Assembly: GCA_043800345.1 (NCBI GenBank)
Contig: JAZDNB010000009.1
Span: forward strand, 27,340-91,339
DNA from: Candidatus Omnitrophota bacterium
Lineage (GTDB): Bacteria > Omnitrophota > Gorgyraeia > VGKN01
Length of the DNA: 64,000 nucleotides
Reading direction: 5' to 3'
Each line of letters opens with the position of its first letter. Within the stretch, counting starts at the first letter, position 1. The notes under the pieces are model-generated. The model had not been told where the DNA came from. It was given only the letters and a program-made list of their open reading frames with translations, and made no database searches. Shown one piece after another: positions 58,401 through 59,754 of the stretch. The position numbers and the translations under genes are program-made.

Positions 58401-59404
58401 AGGGAGAACTTTCTCCTTCGCGGCTAGACGATAACCGGGAAATCAAAAAACACTTAAGAGAGAGCGGTTCGCTGCATCCGGAAACGGAGTTTATGATTTT
58501 GAGGGTGTTAAACGGCCTCCGCGGGATGGGAACAGAGCTTCGTGTTGAAACGGCGCCCGAATTGACGCTTACTGCGGAATCGGATACCGATGCTTACCTG
58601 GGATATTTGGATTATGCATCGCTGCGGTTTATTGACGGAAACAGCGAGGAAGCGCTTCAGAACATGAATTTAGCTCTTACGTACTTTGCAAGACATTTGT
58701 CCGAACGCGATAAGATACTCGAAACATTTATAAAAGAATTGCGCAGAAAAAATCCTGCCCAACGGATAGTGGTAGTAAGGGGATACTGGCATACGGGAAT
58801 AGCAATAAAGCTGGCACAAGAACAGACTTCAGGAACGGTTGAAATAAAAAGGCTTACGCCGCGAAGAAAGGGCATTGTTTTTAATCAACTCTCCGAGCTT
58901 ATAAGGAGGGACTGGATGAGTGCAAACCTAAGCACAGAAGACAGGGATAAATTTGCTCTACCTGAAGAGCAAAAAGAACTTATGCTGCTACGTCAACTGA
59001 TAAGCGCGTTTCTAGAAACGGCATATCAGGGAGAAAGGGAACGTTTCATGCTTGATATGACATTAAGAAAAGTCACCGATAGAATGAACCGGCAGGATAT
59101 GGAAAATTTATGCAAATTTGTCAAAGAAAGCATGAGGCAAAATGCACTTGTTACGGCTATGTTTGAGGACCTAGATAAGACAACAAGTGCGGCAAAAGAC
59201 AGAAAGCTTGATGAAGAAATAAAGGCAATCGCAACGGGATATATTTTACGTTGGATGCGCGATAACGGGAAAATAAAAGATGAAGAGCTAAAGTATTTTC
59301 CGGACATAAATATGTTTATGCTTAATGCAACTACTGCTAGTTCCGGAGAACCTGAGCTAGGTACTCTCCCGGACACCCTCCGCAAAACAGAAACTACTTT
59401 ATAG
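34427..59404 (+). CDS. Giant multi-enzyme membrane-threaded protein 2 (8,325 aa)
   Basis: ATG start after the promoter. N-terminal export/anchor segment KKFWIRIIAIIIAEVFFFTG...SLAYA. Stop-free to TAG 59404. Confidence 0.95.
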   Translation: MIDWQTGNKKFWIRIIAIIIAEVFFFTGFDLPWETNSLAYAASEKLVPPLKTDKEGTDSREENRANVISASLLVYSELFPQLSPREIMQKVSNELCFPITWYNAMGTFLEEENVNPRHYIFEIGNKYYEVKLDIVEKTVIQHLREVQQIVMAQKIQQGEFVCLADIVPQGLLTEANQGKANMNISEVTLPEGVHTVFKVDDEGNMNMVSQDALLEEAREGVEYNSLFLKVGTVAYIVLLRVGLGAVGPENLPKELVEIIGTKAVEELLALDMARHEELGSLDAPFVLRFMDVTAASETHFMLVESKGGALLDNEARNITVLEVEAANVDFPEWMWPRPHSPPQENSFLVAVLPIKLSIASTTTVAGLSEDKDSRRETAGFPSQDEALQLVQEASQHLKRDGIVAIGSDPSSMTFLAPQAVDSKASPLQTIHPQQTSSAIVNVSNTAAATPELQIITSTITPSQEFTPPTATTAAVFPAGTTTLSSRLPTDIAGTVTSSQEFTEPVTTVLSAISPEASVASPKPQVAVTSVTPSQEFAAPIAVAGAVISAETTTISPEPRVVASTIVPSQEFAKPTATVETVISHTIPVQAISVPLGEGVRERAQRAITPLAERYRRESLKMREKLNTYTPLEKVLSEEILPELKRLFTQYLEHPETSRESGPIAAFLVSGESGSGKTTSVKLAKELFIKELTALALKKGRQIVEPVLHLLFDDYMLQQEDRPIDPATDKTTENPLEKFQIERFLKDLTALLKGKTIYKPVFDSDTRGRVKFGLDDRGIYVVSGYVKFGDERKELKCYIEVDSHTQVPYLVFEGKRYTEMPFSSIPISVRRNEKGNIVVNIRGSDNVIISNEAGDIFVSAGDVKRTLEKEKQLEALEIISPQDKVLIIEGILTLFDKDLCDRCLTMAVRGDFDARILRQLIRASKETGRKTSDEEFIRHRIELVNQEEVPYVIPTLKNAQWTVTTLSRSEAIYVLYRHGQLENPTAKVRGVLRQLRIDPADLMKDLRDVYFDVIKARLRTGGGIESETTGTSFKVFIDTAGLVIKVPLASFRKKFEDEFTSFFNTILKKRLGGIMVPGAIVNLGTGGLGLHVKRYVGNEERELEWVLIQNRVEPLRTRITRLVAHGNITKAKRLIDQYFALQKEMWARGVLDTDPKFMEKYGLMIINGEERLVVIGVDGLTANADLYDQELYRKDTIRPVHKNLPSVELLQYYYKQANQMPSKEDFIARHFETREGMKRAHTVPDISDIEIAKEQMGLIVSRVKDAKIKRLRELFRTIRYGADNPFIYWVKLYLDTMYADAPQYKVVNSLYEQLLKSPSLIGAGRIDVTSISDLIKAMPQAAELTASEIYNIADDISSYTLLPTTESKSVASAPSSITAVSWPNFIAGALAAGIIIILQYMNVLPYQYLGLISFIYFISFLIIHELGHWKDTGFRKFPLGELFSKEGISIPGSEGLSGIRISFAFFIASIALFALSAIFLPHYAIYLLPAVIINFIYAASIGDWKDTLAKVRLSELQKGTVTAEEDITFSITRDFAQKFVQGVYDNLVPDVLKRVREGARLKPSIKEDVFSINPMDVSENRRLMNKALDDLIEHEGDSVEFTILMGGLASRMRKEPPGEPTQALLRDYVTWLYSQGFDPFAWLQERLGISIDKNDINALALNYPTKGIMPVGVDGEGRFITKVGEFAIGIRRLQELVNEERRRRGKAGNPIKFKIILAGNEEAYDAVMDWDLRVNNYYGLEPGQFEPANEVLGRSFVSTPEYVMRYAENFGGRDSERFKKAMQAAEERKGEVLPELTPWGHAEFLIQTISSGRIIEKARRGAFANFVRNVDNSGAKIDWMWLVEYGKALEAREQGKEIGLALEVSQRPQGASGKGGGYFKLEKDGETRDIVLEDSILQMVRKNIRQSDCAQLEERGFHVVVVREYDSKIIPKLETQKAMVLDASQELIDLLPEEIITTRGTRLTKDKVLEWIKEYGNTLPLNKRLEIYYNPQTKEVVAYEQLVDRSSYYVNNAVGTLFWDVILKDIFGSSVEEILALESLPAQKQREELHRIAEQGRVKANLIFEPKPRVTEDEVIPIIRPEGNMWDLLKAVRTLVIGVESTESAARSIAMDPENSRSYEEQTRFAPVKSWLDSDLYAKDLNKTILDYMLYGDIFNPASALPYPRKAQEMSIAELLVEYLHKVPGSEHYFDHPLMRENLISYLDGSPHIAVPLASTSEKIKVYAVRADMGVILIALNLGEFTYPDPRDGRQKAWTSLYGRKSIETVLGRESLDELGSVYQAQDVVTSEVYRRYTVADLVRDGLDIGIPEPGIHIVRLTPTGQINEGVVQPVPSEDFSDILALAVKGAVAGELTAAEKIGQEILRLSEENPALLKTKLQEITRLSPERAQEKFGSDGICAVMALIATVIPDLLIDMKDWNRETYDALSDIVTYKDNADLFREGKLTIHLTDRKTALVISKSFKDRRLFIPIHFASRPYRLTDGKAWFRILDLDSVGVYSDRTCYRVYDYTLMHEEGKRGGFYATEHVGEDLVENGWAIGVPVINVGTKTEQNAPLRFQILELYRVSIDTTLTGPRIMAEIVSSASMLTQGRTLRDVLHKISSVISRLQVSISNPKTLRKLFFLLVISGFVLFLLTGCAPTPTVSEKPFLLTLMENTVKLALYLIAIAVAVFAVIIYAISGLISEIIRLFVRRIMPLLRSSIKKQSPHIDVTGPPLPSGPLFERLWEGIGELTPDWERMTLVANVVLELMQAREEPVALDDLLGPCLALLSAHGFFDTPVKVSELLHRLVACGALREEGGRYALALPARIVAVKTDNVYYILKDIKTALDNIRGRKQEASVNLENIIREYAQAAELWPMYPLENRWPILRAVALLDKADQKLLIRFLKSKPSLQKYYLVDSILLMCKELSKNWLKTQASHLIGRTVYYITSECWHLAGGLGRVSQYHTAAMKQLVGNNAQVATIEPYYRYRLNKSGELEEIDYGSLPIPVEDLRAEPIFEYEVTVKGKQVTAQVFKGKNKLGLEVYLIRDKEDYYTRMLYRYSQYGTASWEEFSEFISRASLELVERLESENKKKMGNNWKAPVVIANDGQLGVFPLFRRMHYAASEIFGNILVWFVTHTYKNRGVFEGRDATGLGLNNADRASTVSAVIRDDVAPRDPQVALTAVTNGDNREYSAKVFREILLGLFPDADVEEPTIEQIIAAKQEAKRRLNLNPDQIVISYSGRLVEEKAGRKRAFTDSNILDWVKAGAQVIIYGNVQAHTQAMYDDLKALEARLNTAGYPGKLIVMTGWGITEQLDLLAATDIQVQDSDRATGASEYTEADISANGGLQFGPPWLEGIIQRQGVVLNRNVAGWGNTIIPRDYSPEAYLEALMWAVSTFKENREKFAAYQATSVRLSRILEALLTGAEYLRQCDRAVRLKENPLELLTDFIKGDRDVERYLGTERTKADLVGYLDANASATPREFHEKETAIFPLKSMAEKIKLYAVKLSGEVFIVAVNTGEFQYQGQKIKKAWSLLYSTQSLEALLGGEDIYELFNVYQVEDAVSTVGELYGRYAVWELLDRGLSIGVPEPGLQILRLRRTEEVRKMPKKEIVKQNIPNMIAAAINEEIIEGTSSPAELLTHIIPQYVNRPDELKDILREISGLALDDARAMFSEEGIPAVMAFVGFLVPELLEEMKDWNSEVYSMLDSAINNGLNRDLFREGEIGFHKADRNTALVLSRTLNGRRIFVPIHFAKKPYDEAEGKVRFKVDGMGALGYEGQATHTIFDHIMRSFYPPLYTGDDLARGWRIDIPVVSGKKDTNGFIQHGWRFQILEIDAPVSAWDIVDQLGESAASALEYFITPRQAKDNKTICQIATRFVGPWDEIETKILSEVETLGLPKNALVHLVGALPVGMMSHKLNDFQIPHDGRATGLYWLDVEGKGKVVIKNPYNGQNGMTASMFSITDPAGNKGKIASIAAKLHEAGYRAVIDFAGHVAVDSPIVFEHPDWFKPYLLGGSQDIDPELIDAEILTASNGEAFLLYLDDRDDRWADIFRRNQSLSWGHVKGQPHKIRVLLRHHTGIGPMSDTASLNWDLPEVRNWAIGILRGWHDAGIDGFRCDLAQNVPDIFWREARAALSGAVFLHEDYASSEQKRIRQTVTGVDGFYNHELYNAMREKNPQRIRDLLAQQASYLRHLVNYMGNHDEKLALAICGGNRDRLMAAETIIQTLPGYSMYYWVQAKGWQWQGEEIKRELTYESFMALSEKEKEDPAVLSGYRKLEKITDQPLFKDSAEITVLESDNPSFVAYRRHCLSEEFQDENAVVIVNYSDSANIGTVKLVPEQLGAPGGAEERYFFLYDTIQDKLYLYTDSELRDFKQNLVPWESRVYLVREIHNPSEVLKSYKRGLGDIKLLNIEKLSEQSLPVSQRLLLQAEIGRFVKDVGTGNGSFLQKMEEVFGWEKIDCDEASNIFALLLQEKFRELGYEIPISATGSERIQFINMEVQSVAVRPWPHYCIVVYWDNKPWLYIDSSFSRFFRYDREHTYEVLCEPLDSVSASRIEQIIRQKGVEVGILTVNADEKWHVPSFDSAAVRDTVMKNAKMRAVLMWFLHSAPRDEEEVAPAQARTERKEEKARSAVSWVNIGVASLVVGVIAILQYMNVLPYQYLGLISFIYFISFLIIHELGHWKDAGFRKFSFGELFTREGISIPDSEGLPGIVTSLGLVFCLSTLFVVSSLFLSHYSAYLIPAIVINLIFALSVGDWKKALIETKIDRPLRILTPLGKRARLIINEYAPFLRRAVTHLNDNQIGLISLAALAVLGALVIVLRVDVYAVPLAGLSIRKVSTNGPGGDTDSSSANALAAHIRQEFGKPELYLNKPAFTKQEIRQLLSLLPSMKSRMRYIDQIVERIVYARRIKEFESLDDLRVRARLPYRVMRDFELLITGGVLMDVPLGERRLVHKRAVREPLSEEVISTGQIVSERLSQETERLRDIFKLLSAVGKSEDLPRGIRDELERRGYHALFNLSPAYQEALLLLLEIKFLYSIRFTARERTRYLLYVEAHDKRKYELFMRLSAKDQDSAAMVRRKWFKGIDIALLAEEIALYLKGEHPRDKAFADFIKVARRGKGRLLLNELIKILSPLSQNALSLNFSKRNLRLAYLLKTCKEILGEVTKEDKAGLLQSLNIPSEDDLLAIDIGILKESIYRLRQYGLTVTAERLRLDEGEIAGEFQKEIAGFIGMLAGSDEEQIRNAVQRLKLMYMLQPKLFMKGTSDGKDLGSHRSSIVPVKSAVKLTYFGGDEINCGGILIEDGREKLKTSLLIDPGISMDREAELYSKIYMRDRVVHLGIRDRLINGLMPRLKGLYRPDLTEPSMKISAATPPVDGILVTHAHIDHIGNIAYIRNDIPIWVSPETRAVLRTLDKTGADIKNEYFDFVDRETGRMIRRKINVFEYDVPFMVGKLKVIAKRVDHSAVGACAFFVETSQGWVSYVGDMRMNYSRDTAGTLRSFKNRTEDYIEAARQLSPVVLYIDGTNFEKPHTKDTEEDIGKRTDELLQGDEVKRKPVVVSFSYLNLERMKIFLEAAKRNARKLVISMKEAYLLESLKEIFLRMYLAKNGFEELIIIVDRADMAARVLLHRKEEGALRDVMLCGVMVHMENYYASGLLQACMGSVDAQQAQLIALALGYSKGKPPKTDKGIPEARIEELFTGETAEAIAARAVFFKWLHGVQEVKAPDEIMEQIAGRYVIEQGMVNAEAEKVKTEGHEMQKLLKETFAVLEKTNLEDLSEKIEKFSMEDYGYPDLEKEEGLLVYQARKKTGTYDETKDYRRFERSILANPRIRRIRKEEAAQQKSELMICLNTYEISEILGIFKYGEGGVHIYSQSPPFNVETEIAEDKLDEWLADYKMTKRYIHASGHLTAEQIPDAVRTIQPASVYVVHSKNRGSLARMLRENVMAQGQTTVVLYAKQYSLLEGESRFESLPEDVAKMLPEASRIFLSRLTKDQIAGIVEELSVVKKDVTIQEEISAIFRDAKRRARIFTYAERPDSKNIDDIADKIEELRLYFKSQLIRIQMQEMLGVVSGEELKNARLVLSDRIFNALVDEIAMPSLIARLTDSIKENTGISMTAARKEARNIFVYRIKRKSAALLFHHWEETRGPLRFMMIFKEGMKPLYAKLVTGIVYDTVAEFFKGLEGEFELPVPVGGSIDAAIRIMAKGEQVLREDEKEYAKDIIDGLVMAVADKDLMKQLKTMALLYASRGVSRLRRRPEQGPTPVDRTYEAIVNIITELIQTIASGDVVLSEKQVSAFSSLIATRILSEVARQLTSGEITLSELARILRSLGALTASPRKSSPGQKEQDTGISISSPIKDIIVSVITRPPAVLIGMELILDIGNRSALFNSITQFLMYGGKIIMSVEADNSQVTYEFRKALVTYIRGLYPLGAPEDMTGGIILEDSGRYYNLDNISLKDIPRTDVTLSDDKPLKEQLEELIKIIRKQTNEMSLTEETEWYKTNIALLAQHGLADKGDKLARDRFLPHKIKLLKEFSLDLGMIDRYALSTLQRRIANLKAYGSEVTASNLRLTKEQLVRTYRTTVLQLLQKEPAEDVIVRLKELFKLQPALFMSVTAGGRLLGQRRKDVIPEAVGGITFYGSVGKIGGNIIMVRDVDSKIVLDMGAAGHSWGEYFSGWSSFKVHEMVDGSLEVGILPWLPDAMREDMLKGKSGMIPIESQGVKAVLLTHAHLDHVESLYALDPDVLVICSEETKATLETLQWQTPGSIRTELVEVKDRTDMTTIPYPRLPRNMVTFRRDTPFQVGSFKITPVRVGHSVPSDAFVVETSMGKIVYTGDLTVQSHDGARTREFFDMLAKEHNILALITEGVNVRYEKPATIATEEEYAQRTDQIIKASKGKPVFTSFSWMYVNRLKTYYALAKANKRKLVVPLRSLYYAMKLRELGYDIPDLLSDPDVLVHVPERKWQYTIHQFIYQLFGKVADVRGTKVRQKLPTQTKIYGELPDERMVNSEWLSKARNYRDLIVILPLPQLNEWDTILPHYDSPFIYSLGAVFNKDMEQLQEKIRQWTDKYELVWENLYVSPHIEEADLVEAIRRAVDAGSKYVLPIHTEFPERFGQLLPSSDAFMLSEPLREYTLLKSEDRVRIAHSMLQIEGLEGPLVDFINNATDADSISLLEDVHSTKDKTRFDSEIKSLITDFESKVMRVSEEDFVRIVRAYVTGQTLRLRIRAEYSLASADEIAREYAALYSALLETVVGFNRLNNPLPDLRMFVAVVVGDFSNIGKNLKDAQIIFTYDAPRESKGARSAVILSRLTSEMMYKITGVVGIDPANDFDKRLSFVRERINALNFWTVKRNRDKAKLAYAPAYAGGGDATLVQELATILKTARVIQEREVIAELPDGLKEIFEPLRGKLSRNSERLLGRLKTADAVRLLNSLSRVKSRADMETELAQYERIKATGNAALYYYQAQMLRLEVAGIYHAVSDDELRSQKIILAGLCKIETSVAETKPQAEPPVMVSAQMSIQQQVERAWQDENGQLNQIKRRLEGLIEEIAQGYSLVVIAPHNLVGLPIDADSFTFATTVYHRLSSEAEKIGRKVVVITDPSEAKDAANTLYICIFPISHQNEGYVDADKQMLRLPEVKGKRALFVGDVRFYQPDAYKRKDSFGFDTMVVQDHHQWNDEFIEKMDAFSDEHTLFVNNHLILKDEKADTYATGAFCADLMGTELDPWYLFAKQLSLFGDKYHLHFSKFTQGLDVKEAEYVAEMLTLCGTYLQGWSATTVQKNKVVAEIIETVSSSDSFGQLKENLERITSLKFGADFTKWHRGIMQDVEDSIRDFLVSDDKIYFYRIQSKDNIALLVHRIVFGRLNALGEFKDRILIHYYVREDGNLDVLLARGSDFTAIDVSDVCLHGPEGKSWGGGHKDRAGFSTASVKEWMGEDAEQGQEKVLDFILSNLKEQYVRYYGPIRYISDVHGSPELVEQQLIDALTWAGNGGIVICEQLTEKDLDIYRRVAQGELSPSRLDDNREIKKHLRESGSLHPETEFMILRVLNGLRGMGTELRVETAPELTLTAESDTDAYLGYLDYASLRFIDGNSEEALQNMNLALTYFARHLSERDKILETFIKELRRKNPAQRIVVVRGYWHTGIAIKLAQEQTSGTVEIKRLTPRRKGIVFNQLSELIRRDWMSANLSTEDRDKFALPEEQKELMLLRQLISAFLETAYQGERERFMLDMTLRKVTDRMNRQDMENLCKFVKESMRQNALVTAMFEDLDKTTSAAKDRKLDEEIKAIATGYILRWMRDNGKIKDEELKYFPDINMFMLNATTASSGEPELGTLPDTLRKTETTL
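35770..36180 (+). repeat. Four ~35-aa Ser/Thr/Pro/Ala-rich tandem repeats (SQEF core)
   Basis: ca(g/a)gaattt at 35813, 35921, 36026 and 36131 (period 105-108 bp). Confidence 0.9.
36420..37320 (+). other. Uridine kinase/phosphoribulokinase-family P-loop domain with insertion
   Basis: SGESGSGKTT, FDDY, IYKPVFD, VLIIEGIL, YVIPTLKNA. Confidence 0.8.
37500..37990 (+). other. Degenerate protein-kinase-like domain
   Basis: GTSFKVF..LVIKVP, LIQNRVE, RGVLDTDPK; no clear DFG. Confidence 0.4.
38558..38945 (+). repeat. Membrane cassette type II, copy A (HELGH, M50-like)
   Basis: AVSW...LQYMNVLPYQYLGLISFIYFISFLIIHELGHWKD...GDWK; the ~100 nt from 38615 are nearly identical to those from 48320. Confidence 0.9.
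39215..40890 (+). other. UTP-hexose-1-phosphate uridylyltransferase (UDPGP/UAP family) domain
   Basis: LMGGLASRM, PTKG, PWGHAE, RNVDNSGA, GKGGG, YVNN. Confidence 0.75.
40935..42110 (+). repeat. Unnamed ~390-aa domain, copy A
   Basis: Colinear with 44685..45870: EKIKVYAV/EKIKLYAV, IGIPEPG/IGVPEPG, DLFREG, FIPIHFA/FVPIHFA, RFQILE. Confidence 0.85.
43185..44660 (+). other. Glycogen/starch synthase-like GT5 (GT-B) domain
   Basis: YITSECWHLAGGLGRV, ANDGQ, VTHTYKNRG, STVS, VTNGD, SGRLVEEK, LLAATD. Confidence 0.75.
44685..45870 (+). repeat. Unnamed ~390-aa domain, copy B
   Basis: Diverged protein-level duplicate of 40935..42110. Confidence 0.85.
45975..47535 (+). other. GH13 alpha-amylase-family domain
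   Basis: VIDFAGH, HPDWF, GIDGFRCDLA (nucleophile), FLHED (acid/base), YMGNHDE, and a C-terminal beta domain FVAYRR..VIVNYS. Confidence 0.9.
47735..47970 (+). other. Transglutaminase-like Cys-His-Asp core
   Basis: IDCDEAS ... PHYCIVV ... WLYIDSS. Confidence 0.6.
48263..48650 (+). repeat. Membrane cassette type II, copy B (HELGH, M50-like)
   Basis: AVSW...IIHELGHWKDAGFRKF...VGDWK; the core is near-identical in DNA to copy A. Confidence 0.9.
48970..49185 (+). other. ComEA-like helix-hairpin-helix domain
   Basis: LYLNKPAFTKQEI..LLPSM...IVERIVYARRIKEFESLDDL. Confidence 0.55.
50215..52260 (+). other. Metallo-beta-lactamase/beta-CASP RNase J-like domain 1
   Basis: LLIDPG, THAHIDHIG, VDHS, YVGDMR, IDGTN, HASGH, VVHS. 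Confidence 0.85.
54270..55780 (+). other. Metallo-beta-lactamase/beta-CASP RNase J-like domain 2
   Basis: GKIGGN, VLDMG, THAHLDH, VGHSVP, YTGDL, ITEGVN, YVSPH, PIHTE. Confidence 0.85.
57035..58230 (+). other. DHH/DHHA1 phosphoesterase (RecJ/NrnA-like) domain
   Basis: IDADS, VQDHH (57383), LFGD, WGGGHKDRAGF. Confidence 0.8.
58255..58900 (+). other. Possible TraB/Tiki/EreA-like fold domain
   Basis: DVHG..IVICE ... ERDKIL ... IVVVRGYWH pattern. Confidence 0.4.
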
Positions 59405-59539
59405 TCACCTAAACGTAATCTTGCCCCATAGTATAATTCGATAATGATGCAATATCCTTAAGAGAAACCCGTATATTTCCACTTTTTAAAACAGATTAAA
59501 TAAGTTGATATGGTATTGAATTTTTTTGTAATTATGCAA

Positions 59540-59563
59540 AAAAACTGTATCAAAACTGTATCA
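59540..59563 (+). repeat. Perfect 12-bp tandem direct repeat upstream of the promoter (possible operator)
   Basis: aaaaactgtatc twice, ending 16 bp before the -35 box. Confidence 0.6.
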
Positions 59564-59579
59564 TGAACGGAGAATTTCC

Positions 59580-59608
59580 TTGACAAAATGAAAGGAGGTG
59601 CATATAAT
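59580..59608 (+). promoter_or_regulatory. Consensus sigma70 promoter for the TolC/MFP operon
   Basis: TTGACA (59580-59585), 17-bp spacer, TATAAT (59603-59608). Confidence 0.85.
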
Positions 59609-59754
59609 AATAAAAAATTTTAATCCCACACTACGCCCCGCGTTGCGGAATGGGTGTGACTGTGCTCTATGAACCTGCGTTCATAGGCGCGAGATTGGAA
59701 AAATAGAAACCACGGGTATTAACCCATGGAGCTTCATAAAAAGGATTCAAATTA

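Noticed and set aside
3-59404. NRPS/PKS or RTX/adhesin identity for the giant ORFs
   Set aside because: I saw no condensation, adenylation, ketosynthase or carrier motifs, and no RTX, cadherin or Ig-like repeat arrays.
59591-59600. Perfect SD-like AAAGGAGGTG
   Set aside because: It lies in the promoter spacer and no suitably spaced start codon follows.
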